Assembly: GCF_009914755.1 (NCBI RefSeq)
Contig: NC_060925.1
Length of the DNA stretch: 64,000 nucleotides
Strand: one strand, 5' to 3'
From: the human T2T-CHM13v2.0 reference genome, Homo sapiens
This document shows, piece after piece, positions 41,666 to 57,900 of the stretch. Each line of letters opens with the position of its first letter. The stretch's first letter is position 1. Under the pieces are notes generated by a model. It was not told the origin of the DNA. It did not search any database and saw only the letters and a program-made list of their open reading frames with translations. The position numbers and the translations under genes are program-made.

Positions 41666-44600
41666 ATGAAATTGAAATGGATGGACTCATCATCGAATGG
41701 ATTCGAATGGAATCATCGAATAAAATTGATTGAAATCATCATCCAATGGAATCGAATGGTATCATTGAATGGAATCGAATGGAATCATCATCAGATGGAA
41801 ATGAATGGAATCGTCATAGAATGGAATCGAATGGATTCATTGAATGGAATCAGATGGAATCATCGAATGGACTGGAATGGAATCATTGAATGGACTCGAA
41901 AGGGATCATGATTGAATGGAATTGAATGGAATCATCGAATGGTCTCGATTGGAATCATTATCAAATGGAATCGAATGGAATCACCGAATAGAATCGAATG
42001 GAACAATCATCGAATGGACTCAAATGGAATTATCCTCAAATGGAATCGAATGGAATTATCGAATGCAATCGAATGGAATTATCGAATGCAATCGAATAGA
42101 ATCATCGAATGGACTCGAATGGAATCATCGAATGGAATGGAATGGAACAGTCAATGAACACGAATGGAATCATCATTGAATGGAATCGAATGGAATCATC
42201 GAGTGGAATCGAATGGAATTATGATCAAATGGAATCGAATGTAATCATCATCAAATGGAATCAAAAATAACCATCATCAATTGGTATTGAATGGAATTGT
42301 CATCAAATGGAATTCAAAGGAATCATCATCAAATGGAACCGAATGGAATCCTCATTGAATGGAAATGAAAGGGGTCATCATCTAATGGAATCGCATGGAA
42401 TCATCATCAAATGGAATCGAATGGAATCATCATCAAATGGAATCTAATGGAATCATTGAACAGAATTGAATGGAATCGTCATCGAATGAACTGAATGCAA
42501 TCATCGAATGGTCTCGAATGGAATCATCTTCTAATGGAAAGGAATGGAATCATCGCATAGAATCGAATGGAATTATCATCGAATGGAATCGAATGGTATC
42601 AACACCAAACGGAAAAAAACGGAATTATCGAATGGAATCGAAGAGAATCTTCGAACGGACCCGAATGGAATCATCTAATGGAATGGAATGGAATAATCCA
42701 TGGACTCGAATGCAATCATCATCGAATGGAATCGAATGGAATCATCGAATGGACTCGAATGGAATAATCATTGAACGGAATCGAATGGAATCATCATCGG
42801 ATGGAAACGAATGGAATCATCATCGAATGGAAATGAAAGGAGTCATCATCTAATGCAATTGCATGGAATCATCATCAAATGGAATCGAATGGAATCAACA
42901 TCAAATGGAATCTAATGGAATCATTGAACGGAATTGAATGGAATCGTCATCGAATGAATTGACTGCAATCATCGAATGGTCTCGAATGGAATCATCTTCA
43001 AATGGAATGGAATGGAATCATCGCATAGAATCGAATGGAATTATCATCGAATGGAATCGAATGGAATCAACATCAAACGGAAAAAAACGGAATTATCGAA
43101 TGGAATCGAAGAGAATCATCGAATGGACCCGAATGGAATCATCTAATGGAATGGAATGGAATAATCCATGGACTCGAATGCAATCATCATCGGAGGGAAT
43201 CGAATGGAATCATCGAATGGACTCGAATGGAATAATCATTGAACGGAATCGAATGGAATCATCATCGGATGGAAATGAATGGAATCATCATCGAATGGAA
43301 TCGAATAGAATTATGGAATGAAATCCAGTGTGATCATCATCGAATGGACCCGAATGGAATCATCATCCAACGGAAGCTAATGGAATCAACATCGAATGAA
43401 TCAAATGGAAACACCATCGAATTGAAACGAATGGAATTATCATGAAATTGAAACGGATGGACTCATCATCGAATGGATTCGAATGGAATCATCGAATAAA
43501 ATTGATTGAAATCATCACCCAATGGAATCGAATGGTATCATTGAATGGAATCGAATGGAATCATCATCAGATGGAAATGAATGGAATCGTCATAGAATGG
43601 AATCGAATGGATTCATTGAATGGAATCAGATGGAATCATCGAATGGACTGGAATGGAATCATTGAATGGACTCGAAAGGGATCATGATTGAATGGAATTG
43701 AATGGAATCATCGAATGCTCTCGATTGGAATCATTATCAAATGGAATCGAATGGAATCACCGAATAGAATCGAATGGAACAATCATCGAATGGACTCAAA
43801 TGGAATTATCCTCAAATGGAATCGAATGGAATTATCGAATGCAATCGAATGGAATTATCGAATGCAATCGAATAGAATCATCGAATGGACTCGAATGGAA
43901 TCATCGAATGGAATGGAATGGAACAGTCAATGAACTCGAATGGAATCATCATTGAATGGAATCGAATGGAATCATCGAGTGGAATCGAATGGAATTATGA
44001 TCAGATGGAATCGAATGTAATCATCATCAAATGGAATCAAAAATAACCATCATCAATTGGTATTGAATGGAATTGTCATCAAATGGAATTCAAAGGAATC
44101 ATCATCAAATGGAACCGAATGGAATCCTCATTGAATGGAAATGAAAGGGGTCATCATCTAATGGAATCGCATGGAATCATCATCAAATGGAATCGAATGG
44201 AATCATCATCAAATGGAATCTAATGGAATCATTGAACAGAATTGAATGGAATCGTCATCGAATGAATTGAATGCAATCATCGAATGGTCTCGAATGGAAT
44301 CATCTTCTAATGGAAAGGAATGGAATCATCGCATAGAATCGAATGGAATTATCATCGAATGGAATCGAATGGTATCAACACCAAACGGAAAAAAACGGAA
44401 TTATCGAATAGAATCGAAGAGAATCTTCGAACGGACCCGAATGGAATCATCTAATGGAATGGAATGGAATAATCCATGGACTCGAATGCAATCATCATCG
44501 AATGGAATCGAATGGAATCATCGAATGGACTCGAATGGAATAATCATTGAACGGAATCGAATGGAATCATTATCAGATGGAAACGAATGGAATCATCATC

Positions 44601-46993
44601 GAATGGAAATGAAAGGAGTCATCATCTAATGGAATTGCATGGAATCATCATAAAATGGAATCGAATGGAATCAACATCAAATGGAATCAAATGGAATCAT
44701 TGAACCGAATTGAATGGAATCGTCATCGAATGAATTGACTGCAATCATCGAATGGTCTCGAATGGAATCATCTTCAAATGGAATGGAATGGAATCATCGC
44801 ATAGAATCGAATGGAATTATCATCGAATGGAATCGAATGGAATCAACATCAAACGGAAAAAAAAGGAATTATCGTATGGAATCGAAGAGAATCATCGAAT
44901 GGACCCGAATGGAATCATCTAATGGAATGGAATGGAATAATCCATGGACTCGAATTCAATCATCATCGAATGGAATCCAATGGAATCATCGAATGGACTC
45001 GAATGGAATAATCATTGAACGGAATCGAATGGAATCATCATCGGATGGAAATGAATGGAATCATCATCGAATGGAATCGAATAGAATTATGGAATGAAAT
45101 CCAGTGTGATCATCATCGAATGGACCCGAATGGAATCATCATCCAACGGAAGCTAATGGAATCAACATCGAATGAATCGAATGGAAACACCATCGAATTG
45201 AAACGAATGGAATTATCATGAAATTGAAATGGATGGACTCATCATCGAATGGATTCGAATGGAATCATCGAATAAAATTGATTGAAATCATCATCGAATG
45301 GAATTGAATGGTATCATTGAATGGAATCGAATGGAATCATCATCAGATGGAAATGAATGGAATCGTCATAGAATGGAATCGAATGGATTCATTGAATGGA
45401 ATCAGATGGAATCATCGAATGGACTGGAATGGAATCATTGAATGGACTCGAAAGGGATCATGATTGAATGGAATTGAATGGAATCATCGAATGGTCTCGA
45501 TTGGAATCATTATCAAATGGAATCGAATGGAATCACCGAATAGAATCGAATGGAACAATCATCGAATGGACTCAAATGGAATTATCCTCAAATGGAATCG
45601 AATGGAATTATCGAATGCAATCGAATGGAATTATCGAATGCAATCGAATAGAATCATCGAATGGACTCGAATGGAATCATCGAATGGAATGGAATGGAAC
45701 AGTCAATGAACTCGAATGGAATCATCATTGAATGGAATCGAATGGAATCATCGAGTGGAACCGAATGGAATTATGATCAAATGGAATCGAATGTAATCAT
45801 CATCAAATGGAATCAAAAATAACCATCATCAATTCGTATTGAATGGAATTGTCATCAAATGGAATTCAAAGGAATCATCATCAAATGGAACCGAATGGAA
45901 TCCTCATTGAATGGAAATGAAAGGGGTCATCATCTAATGGAATCGCATGGAATCATCACCAAATGGAATCGAATGGAATCATCATCAAATGGAATCTAAT
46001 GGAATCATTGAACAGAATTGAATGGAATCGTCATCGAATGAATTGAATGCAATCATCGAATGGTCTCGAATGGAATCATCTTCTAATGGAAAGGAATGGA
46101 ATCATCGCATAGAATCGAATGGAATTATCATCGAATGGAATCGAATGGTATCAACACCAAACGGAAAAAAACGGAATTATCGAATGGAATCGAAGAGAAT
46201 CTTCGAACGGACCCGAATGGAATCATCTAATGGAATGAAATGGAATAATCCATGGACTCGAATGCAATCATCATCGAATGGAATCAAATGGAATCATCGA
46301 ATCGACTCGAATGGAATAATCATTGAACGGAATCGAATGGAATCATCATCGGATGGAAACGAATGGAATCATCATCGAATGGAAATGAAAGGAGTCATCA
46401 TCTAATGGAATTGCATGGAATCATCATAAAATGGATTCGAATGGAATCAACATCAAATGGAATCAAATGGAATCATTGAACGGAATTGAATGGAATCGTC
46501 ATCGAATGAATTGAATGCAATCATCGAATGGTCTCGAATGTAATCATCTTCAAATGGAATGGAATGGAATCATCGCATAGAATCGAATGGAATTATCATC
46601 GAATGGAATCGAATGGAATCAACATCAAACGGAAAAAAACGGAATTATCGAATGGAATCGAAGAGAATCATCGAATGGACCCGAATGGAATCATCTAATG
46701 GAATGGAATGGAATAATCCATGGACTCGAATGCAATCATCATCGAATGGAATCCAATGGAATCATCGAATGGACTCGAATGGAATAATCATTGAACGGAA
46801 TCGAATGGAATCATCATCGGATGGAAATGAATGGAATCATCATCGAATGGAATCGAATAGAATTATGGAATGAAATCCAGTGTGATCATCATCGAATGGA
46901 CAAGAATGGAATCATCATCCAACGGAAGCTAATGGAATCAACATCGAATGAATCAAATGGAAACACCATCGAATTGAAACGAATGGAATTACC
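41666..46993 (+). repeat. Three consecutive canonical 1776-bp units
   Basis: Landmarks 41666, 43442, 45218 and 46994 are exactly 1776 apart. Confidence 0.93.
42470..43321 (+). repeat. Representative internal 468-bp sub-repeat pair (types A and B) of the canonical unit
   Basis: Paralogous blocks start at 42470 and 42938 (468 apart; likewise 605/1073, 44246/44714, 54567/55035). Type A has ttctaatggaaagg, ggtatcaacacc, ttcgaacgg and ggaaacg. Type B has ttgactgc, ttcaaatggaatgg, ggaatcaacatc and ggaaatg. Both contain aaacggaaaaaaacgg and ccatgg. Confidence 0.93.
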
Positions 46994-49134
46994 ATGAAAT
47001 TGAAATGGATGGACTCATCATCGAATGGATTCGAATGGAATCACCGAATAAAATTGATTGAAATCATCATCGAATGGAATCGAATGGTATCATTGAATGG
47101 AATCGAATGGAATCATCATCAGATGGAAATGAATGGAATCGTCATAGAATGGAATCGAATGGATTCATTGAATGGAATCAGATGGAATCATCGAATGGAC
47201 TGGAATGGAATCATTGAATGGACTCGAAAGGGATCATGATTGAATGGAATTGAATGGAATCATCGAATGGTCTCGATTGGAATCATTATCACATGGAATC
47301 GAATGGAATCACCGAATAGAATCGAATGGAACAATCATCGAATGGACTCAAATGGAATTATCCTCAAATGGAATTGAATGGAATTATCGAATGCAATCGA
47401 ATGGAATTATCGAATGCAATCGAATAGAATCATCGAATGGACTCGAATGGAATCATCGAATGGAATGGAATGGAACAGTCAATGAACTCGAATGGAATCA
47501 TCATTGAATGGAATCGAATGGAATCATCGAGTGGAATCGAATGGAATTATGATCAAATGGAATCGAATGTAATCATCATCAAATGGAATCAAAAATAACC
47601 ATCATCAATTGGTATTGAATGGAATTCTCATCAAATGGAATTCAAAGGAATCATCATCAAATGGAACCGAATGGAATCCTCATTGAATGGAAATGAAAGG
47701 GGTCATCATCTAATGGAATCGCATGGAATCATCATAAAATGGAATCGAATGGAATCAACATCAAATGGAATCAAATGGAATCATTGAACGGAATTGAATG
47801 GAATCGTCATCGAATGAATTGGATGCAATCATCGAATGGTCTCGAATGGAATCATCTTCAAATGGAATGGAATGGAATCATCGCATAGAATCGAATGGAA
47901 TTATCATCGAATGGAATCGAATGGAATCAACATCAAACGGAAAAAAACGGAATTATCGAATGGAATCGAAGAGAATCATCGAATGGACCCGAATGGAATC
48001 ATCTAATGGAATGGAATGGAATAATCCATGGACTCGAATGCAATCATCATCGAATGGAATCGAATGGAATCATCGAATGGACTCGAATGGAATAATCATT
48101 GAACGGAATCGAATGGAATCATCATCGGATGGAAATGAATGGAATCATCATCGAATGGAATCGAATAGAATTATGGAATGAAATCCAGTGTGATCATCAT
48201 CGAATGGACCCGAATGGAATCATCATCCAACGGAAGCTAATGGAATCAACATCGAATGAATCGAATGGAAACACCATCGAATTGAAACGAATGGAATTAC
48301 CATGAAATTGAAATGGATGGACTCATCATCGAATGGATTCGAATGGAATCATCGAATAAAATTGATTGAAATCATCATCGAAAGGTATCGAATGGTATCA
48401 TTGAATGGAATCGAATGGAATCATCATCAGATGGAAATGAATGGAATCGTCATAGAATGGAATCGAATGGATTCATTGAATGGAATCAGATGGAATCATC
48501 GAATGGACTGGAATGGAATCATTGAATGGACTCGAAAGGGATCATTTTTGAATGGAATTGAATGGAATCATCGAATGGTCTCGATTGGAATCATTATCAC
48601 ATGGAATCGAATGGAATCACCGAATAGAATCGAATGGAACAATCATCGAATGGACTCAAATGGAATTATCCTCAAATGGAATTGAATGGAATTATCGAAT
48701 GCAATCGAATGGAATTATCGAATGCAATCGAATAGAATCATCGAATGGACTCGAATGGAATCATCGAATGGAACGGAATGGAACAGTCAATGAACTCGAA
48801 TGAAATCATCATTGAATGGAATCGAATGGAATCATCGAGTGGAATCGAATGGAATTATGATCAAATGGAATCGAATATAATCACCATCAAATGGAATCAA
48901 AAATAACCATCATCAATTGGTACTGAATGGAATTGTCATCAAATGGAATTCAAAGGAATCATCATCAAATGGAACTGAATGGAATCCTCATTGAATGGAA
49001 ATGAAAGGGGTCATCATCTAATGGAATCGCATGGAATCATCATCAAATGGAATCGAATGGAATCATCATCAAATGGAATCTGATGGAATCATTGAACAGA
49101 ATTGAATGGAATCGTCATCGAATGAATTGAATGC

Positions 49135-49428
49135 AATCATCGAATGGTCTCGAATGTAATCACATTCTAATGGAAAGGAATGGAATCATCGCATAGAATC
49201 GAATGGAATTAACATTGAATGGACTCGAATGGAATCAACATCAAACGGAATCAAGCGGAATTATCGAATGGAATCGAAGAGAATCATCGAATGGTCTCGA
49301 ATGGAAGCATCTTCTAATGGAAAGGAATGGAATCATCGCATAGAATCGAATGGAATAAACATTGAATGGACTCGAATGGAATCAACATCAAATGGAATCA
49401 AGCGGAATTATCGAATGAAATCGAAGAG
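49135..49428 (+). repeat. Second occurrence of the 147-bp tandem duplication
   Basis: Anchors at 49135 and 49282. Unit length 48302 to 50225 is 1923 = 1776+147. It has the same copy-1 (gtaatcacattc) and copy-2 (gaatgaaatcgaag) signatures as 38830. Confidence 0.9.
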
Positions 49429-51990
49429 AATCATCGAATGGACTCGAATGGAATCATCTAATGGAATGGAATGGAATAATCCACGGACTCGAATGCAATC
49501 ATCATCGTATAGAATCGAATGGAATCATCGAATGGACTCGAATGGAATGACCATTGAACGGAATCGAATGGAATCATCATCGGATGGAAACGAATGGAAT
49601 CATCATCGAATGGAAATGTAAGGAGTCATCATCTAATGGAATTGCATGGAATCATCATAAAATGGAATCGAATGGAATCATCATCAAATGGAATCAAATG
49701 GAATCATTGAACGGAATTGAATGGAATCGTCATCGAATGAATTGAATGCAATCATCGAATGGTCTCGAATGGAATCATCTTCAAATGGAATGGAATGGAA
49801 TCATCGCATAGAATCGAATGGAATTATCATCGAATGGAATCGAATGGTATCAACATCAAACGGAAAAAAACGGAATTATCGAATGGAATCGAAGAGAATC
49901 TTCGAACGGACCCGAATGGAATCGTCTAATGGAATGGAATGGAATAATCCATGGACTCGAATGCCATCATCATCGAATGGAATCGAATGGAATCATCGAA
50001 TGGACTTGAATGGAATAATCATTGAACGGAATCGAATGGAATCATCATCGGATGGAAACGAATGGAATCATCATCGAATGGAATCGAATAGAATTATGGA
50101 ATGAAATCCAGTGTGATCATCATCGAATGGACCCGAATGGAATCATCATCCAACGGAAGCTAATGGAATCAACATCGAATGAATCAAATGGAAACACCAT
50201 CGAATTGAAACGAATGGAATTACCATGAAATTGAAATGGATGGACTCATCATCGAATGGATTCGAATGGAATCATCGAATAAAATTGATTGAAATCATCA
50301 TCCAATGGAATCGAATGGTATCATTGAATGGAATCGAATGGAATCATCATCAGATGGAAATGAGTGGAATCGTCATAGAATGGAATCGAATGGATTCATT
50401 GAATGGAATCAGATGGAATCATTGAATGGACTGGAATGGAATCATTGAATGGACACGAAAGGGATCATTATTGAATGGAATTGAATGGAATCATCGAATG
50501 GTCTCGATTGGAATCATTATCAAATGGAATCGAATGGAATCACCGAATAGAATCGAATGGAACAATCATCGAATGGACTCAAATGGAATTATCCTCAAAT
50601 GGAATCGAATGGAATTATCGAATGCAATCGAATGGAATTATCGAATGCAATCGAATAGAATCATCGAATGGACTCGAATGGAATCATCGAATGGAATGGA
50701 ATGGAACAGTCAATGAACTCGAATGGAATCATCATTGAATGGAATCGAATGGAATCATCGAGTGGAATCGAATGGAATTATGATCAAATGGAATCAAATG
50801 TAATCCTCATCAAATGGAATCAAAAATAACCATCATCAATTGGTATTGAATGGAATTGTCATCAAATGGAATTCAAAGGAATCATCATCAAATGGAACCG
50901 AATGGAATCCTCATTGAATGGAAATGAAAGGAGTCATCATCTAATGGAATCACATGGAATCATCATCAAATGGAATCGAATGGAATCATCATCAAATGGA
51001 ATCTAAGGGAATCATTGAACAGAATTGAATGGAATCGTCATCGAATGAATTGAATGCAATCATCGAATGGTCTCGAATGGAATCATCTTCAAATGGAAAG
51101 GAATGGAATCATCGCATAGAATCGAATGGAATTATCATCGAATGGAATCGAATGGTATCAACATCAAACGGAAAAAAACGGAATTATGGAATGGAATCGA
51201 AGAGAATCTTCGAACGGACCCGAATGGAATCATCTAATGGAATGGAATGGAATAATCCATGGACTGGAAGGCAATCATCATCGAATGGAATCGAATGGAA
51301 TCATCGAATGAACTCGAATGGAATAATCATTGAACGGAATCGAATGGAATCATCTTCGGATGGAAACGAATGGAATCATCATCGAATGGAAATGAAAGGA
51401 GTCATCATCTAATGGAATTGCATGGAATCATCATAAAATGGAATCGAATGGAATCTACATCAAATGGAATCAAATGGAATCATTGAACGGAATTGAATGG
51501 AATCGTCATCGAATGAATTCAATGCAATCATCGAATGGTCTCGAATGGAATCATCTTCAAATGGAATGGAATGGAATCATCGCATAGAATCGAGTGGAAT
51601 TATCATCGAATTGAGTCGAATGGAATCAACATCAAACGGAAAAAAACGGAATTATCGAATGGAATCGAAGAGAATCTTCGAACGGACCCGAATGGAATCA
51701 CCTAATGGAATGGAATGGAATAATCTATGGACTCGAATGCAATCATCATCGAATGGAATCATCGAATGGACTCGAATGGAATAATCATTGAACGGAATCG
51801 AATGGAATCATCATCGGATGGAAATGAATGGAATCATCATCGAATGGAATCGAATAGAATTATGGAATGAAATCCAGTGTGATCATCATCGAATGGACCC
51901 GAATGGAATCATCATCCAACGGAAGCTAATGGAATCAACATCGAATGAATCGAATGGAAACACCATCGAATTGAACCGAATGGAATTATC

Positions 51991-54900
51991 ATGAAATTGA
52001 AATGGATGGACTCATCATCGAATGGATTCGAATGGAATCATCGAATAAAATTGATTGAAATCATCATCGAATGGAATCGAATGGTATCATTGAATGGAAT
52101 CGAATGGAATCATCATCAGATGGAAATGAATGGAATCGTCATAGAATGGAATCGAATGGATTCATTGAATGGAATCAGATGGAATCATCGAATGGACTGG
52201 AATGGAATCATTGAATGGACTCGAAAGGGATCATTATTGAATGGAATTGAATGGAATCATCGAATGGTCTCGATTGGAATCATTATCAAATGGAATCGAA
52301 TGGAATCACCGAATAGAATCGAATGGAACAATCATCGAATGGACTCAAATGGAATTATCCTCAAATGGAATGGAATGGAATTATCGAATGCAATCGAATG
52401 GAATTATCGAATGCAATCGAATAGAATCATCGAATGGACTCGAATGGAATCATCGAATGGAATGGAATGGAACAGTCAATGAACTCGAATGGAATCATCA
52501 TTGAATGGAATCGAATGGAATCATCGAGTGGAATCGAATGGAATTATGATCAAATGGAATCGAATGTAATCATCATCAAATGGAATCAAAAATAACCATC
52601 ATCAATTGGTATTGAATGGAATTGTCATCAAATGGAATTCAAAGGAATCATCATCAAATGGAACCGAATGGAATCCTCATTGAATGGAAATGAAAGGGGT
52701 CATCATCTAATGGAATCGCATGGAATCATCATCAAATGGAATCGAATGGAATCATCATCAAATGGAATCTAATGGAATCATTGAACAGAATTGAATGGAA
52801 TGGTCATCGAATGAATTGAATGCAATCATCGAATGGTCTCGAATGGAATCATCTTCTAATGGAAAGGAATGGAATCATCGCATAGAATCGATTGGAATTA
52901 TCATCGAATGGAATCGAATGGTATCAACACCAAACGGAAAAAAACGGAATTATCGAATGGAATCGAAGAGAATCTTCGAACGGACCCGAATGGAATCATC
53001 TAATGGAATGGAATGGAATAATCCATGGACTCGAATGCAATCATCATCGAATGGAATCGAATGGAATCATCGAATGGACTCGAATGGAATAATCATTGAA
53101 CGGAATCGAATGGAATCATCATCGGATGGAAACGAATGGAATCATCATCGAATGGAAATGAAAGGAGTCATCATCTAATGGAATTGCATGGAATCATCAT
53201 AAAATGGAATCGAATGGAATCAACATCAAATGGAATCAAATGGAATCATTGAACGGAATTGAATGGAATCGTCATCGAATGAATTGACTGCAATCATCGA
53301 ATGGTCTCGGAATCATCTTCAAATGGAATGGAATGGAATCATCGCATAGAATCGAATGGAATTATCATCGAATGGAATGGAATGGAATCAACATCAAACG
53401 GAAAAAAACGGAATTATCGAATGGAATCGAAGAGAATCATCGAATGGACCCGAATGGAATCATCTAATGGAATGGAATGGAATAATCCATGGACTCGAAT
53501 GCAATCATCATCGAATGGAATCGAATGGAATCATCGAATGGACTCGAATGGAATAATCATTGAACGGAATCGAATGGAATCATCATCGGATGGAAATGAA
53601 TGGAATCATCATCGAATGGAATCGAATAGAATTATGGAATGAAATCCAGTGTGATCATCATCGAATGGACCCGAATGGAATCATCATCCAACGGAAGCTA
53701 ATGGAATCAACATCGAATGAATCGAATGGAAACACCATCGAATTGAAACGAATGGAATTATCATGAAATTGAAATGGATGGACTCATCATCGAATGGATT
53801 CGAATGGAATCATCGAATAAAATTGATTGAAATCATCATCGAATGGAATCGAATGGTATCATTGAATGGAATCGAATGGAATCATCATCAGATGGAAATG
53901 AATGGAATCGTCATAGAATGGAATCGAATGGATTCATTGAATGGAATCAGATGGAATCATCGAATGGACTGGAATGGAATCATTGAATGGACTCGAAAGG
54001 GATCATGATTGAATGGAATTGAATGGAATCATCGAATGGTCTCGATTGGAATCATTATCAAATGGAATCGAATGGAATCACCGAATAGAATCGAATGGAA
54101 CAATCATCGAATGGACTCAAATGGAATTATCCTCAAATGGAATCGAATGGAATTGTCGAATGCAATCGAATGGAATTATCGAATGCAATCGAATAGAATC
54201 ATCGAATGGACTCGAATGGAATCATCGAATGGAATGGAATGGAACAGTCAATGAACTCGAATGGAATCATCATTGAATGGAATCGAATGGAATCATCGAG
54301 TGGAATCGAATGGAATTATGATCAAATGGAATCGAATGTAATCATCATCAAATGGAATCAAAAATAACCATCATCAATTGGTATTGAATGGAATTGTCAT
54401 CAAATGGAATTCAAAGGAATCATCATCAAATGGAACCGAATGGAATCCTCATTGAATGGAAATGAAAGGGGTCATCATCTAATGGAATCGCATGGAATCA
54501 TCACCAAATGGAATCGAATGGAATCATCATCAAATGGAATCTAATGGAATCATTGAACAGAATTGAATGGAATCGTCATCAAATGATTTGAATGCAATCA
54601 TCGAATGGTCTCGAATGGAATCATCTTCTAATGGAAAGGAATGGAATCATCGCATAGAATCGAATGGAATTATCATCGAATGGAATCGAATGGTATCAAC
54701 ACCAAACGGAAAAAAACGGAATTATCGAATGGAATCGAAGAGAATCTTCGAACGGACCCGAATGGAATCATCTAATGGAATGGAATGGAATAATCCATGG
54801 ACTCGAATGCAATCATCATCGAATGGAATCGAATGGAATCATCGAATGGACTCGAATGGAATAATCATTGAACGGAATCGAATGGAATCATCATCGGATG

Positions 54901-57900
54901 GAAACGAATGGAATCATCATCGAATGGAAATGAAAGGAGTCATCATCTAATGGAATTGCATGGAATCATCATCAAATGGAATCGAATGGAATCAACATCA
55001 AATGGAATCTAATGGAATCATTGAACAGAATTGAATGGAATCGTCATCGAATGAATTGACTGCAATCATCGAATGGTCTCGAATGGAATCATCTTCAAAT
55101 GGAATGGAATGGAATCATGGCATAGAATCGAATGGAATTATCATCGAATGGAATCGAATGGAATCAACATCAAACGGAAAAAAACGGAATTATCGAATGG
55201 AATCGAAGAGAATCATCGAATGGACCCGAATGGAATCATCTAATGGAATGGAATGGAATAATCCATGGACTCGAATGCAATCATCATCGAATGGAATCGA
55301 ATGGAATCATCGAATGGACTCGAATGGAATAATCATTGAACGGAATCGAATGGAATCATCATCAGATGGAAATGAATGGAATCATCATCGAATGGAATCG
55401 AATAGAATTATGGAATGAAATCCAGTGTGATCATCATCGAATGGACCCGAATGGAATCATCATCCAAAGGAAGCTAATGGAATCAACATCGAATGAATCA
55501 AATGGAAACACCATCGAATTGAAACGAATGGAATTATCATGAAATTGAAATGGATGGACTCATCATCGAATGGATTTGAATGGAATCATCGAATAAAATT
55601 GATTGAAATCATCATCGAATGGAATCGAATGGTATCATTGAATGGAATCGAATGGAATCATCATCAGATGGAAATGAATGGAATCGTCATAGAATGGAAT
55701 CGAATGGATTCATTGAATGGAATCAGATGGAATCATCGAATGGACTGGAATGGAATCATTGAATGGACTCGAAAGGGATCATGATTGAATGGAATTGAAT
55801 GGAATCATCGAATGGTCTCGATTGGAATCATTATCAAATGGAATCGAATGGAATCACCGAATAGAATCGAATGGAACAATCATCGAATGGACTCAAATGG
55901 AATTATCCTCAAATGGAATCGAATGGAATTATCGAATGCAATCGAATGGAATTATCGAATGCAATCGAATAGAATGATCGAATGGACTCGAATGGAATCA
56001 TCGAATGGAATGCAATGGAACAGTCAATGAACTCGAATGGAATCATCATTGAATGGAATCGAATGGAATCATCGATTGGAATCGAATGGAATTATGATCA
56101 AATGGAATCGAATGTAATCCTCATCAAATGGAATCAAAAATAACCATCATCAATTGGTATTGAATGGAATTGTCATCAAATGGAATTCAAAGGAATCATC
56201 ATCAAATGGAACCGAATGGAATCCTCATTGAATGGAAATGAAAGGGGTCATCATCTAATGGAATCGCATGGAATCATCATCAAATGGAATCGAATGGAAT
56301 CATCATCAAATGGAATCTATTGGAATCATTGAACAGAATTGAATGGAATCGTCATCGAATGAATTGAATGCAATCATCGAATGGTCTCGAATGGAATCAT
56401 CTTCTAATGGAAAGGAATGGAATCATCGCATAGAATCGAATGGAATTATCATCGAATGGAATCGAATGGTATCAACACCAAACGGAAAAAAACGGAATTA
56501 TCGAATGGAATCGAAGAGAATCTTCGAACGGACCCGAATGGAATCATCTAATGGAATGGAATGGAATAATCCATGGACTCGAATGCAATCATCATCGAAT
56601 GGAATCGAATGGAATCATCGAATGGACTCGAATGGAATAATCATTGAACGGAATCGAATGGAATCATCATCGGATGGAAACGAATGGAATCATCATCGAA
56701 TGGAAATGAAAGGAGTCATCATCCAATGGAATTGCATGGAATCATCATAAAATGGAATCGAATGGAATCAACATCAAATGGAATCAAATGGAATCATTGA
56801 ACGGAATTGAATGGAATCGTCATCGAATGAATTGACTGCAATCATCCAATGGTCTCGAATGGAATCATCTTCAAATGGAATGGAATGGAATCATCGCATA
56901 GAATCGAATGGAATTATCATCGAATGGAATCGAATGGAATCAACATCAAACGGAAAAAAACGGAATTATCGAATGGAATCGAAGAGAATCATCGAATGGA
57001 CCCGAATGGAATCATCTAATGGAATGGAATGGAATAATCCATGGACTCGAATGCAATCATCATCGAATGGAATCGAATGGAATCATCGAATGGACTCGAA
57101 TGGAATAATCATTGAACGGAATCGAATGGAATCATCATCGGATGGAAATGAATGGAATCATCATCGAATGGAATCGAATAGAATTATGGAATGAAATCCA
57201 GTGTGATCATCATCGAATGGACCCGAATGGAATCATCATCCAACGGAAGCTAATGGAATCAACATCGAATGAATCGAATGGAAACACCATCGAATTGAAA
57301 CGAATGGAATTATCATGAAATTGAAATGGATGGACTCATCATCGAATGGATTCGAATGGAATCATGGAATAAAATTGATGGAAATCATCATCCAATGGAA
57401 TCGAATGGTATCATTGAATGGAATCGAATGGAATCATCATCAGATGGAAATGAATGGAATCGTCATAGAATGGAATCGAATGGATTCATTGACTGGAATC
57501 AGATGGAATCATCGAATGGACTGGAATGGAATCATTGAATGGACTCGAAAGGGATCATTATTGAATGGAATTGAATGAAATCATCGAATGGTCTCGATTG
57601 GAATCATTATCAAATGGAATCGAATGGAATCACCGAATAGAATCGAATGGAACAATCATCGAATGGACTCAAATGGAATTATCCTCCAATGGAATGGAAT
57701 GGAATTATCGAATGCAATCGAATGGAATTATCGAATGCAATCGAATAGAATCATCGAATGGACTCGAATGGAATCATCGAATGGAATGGAATGGAACAGT
57801 CAATGAACTCGAATGGAATCATCATTGAATGGAATCGAATGGAATCATCGAGTGGAATCGAATGGAATTATGATCAAATGGAATCGAATGTAATCATCAT

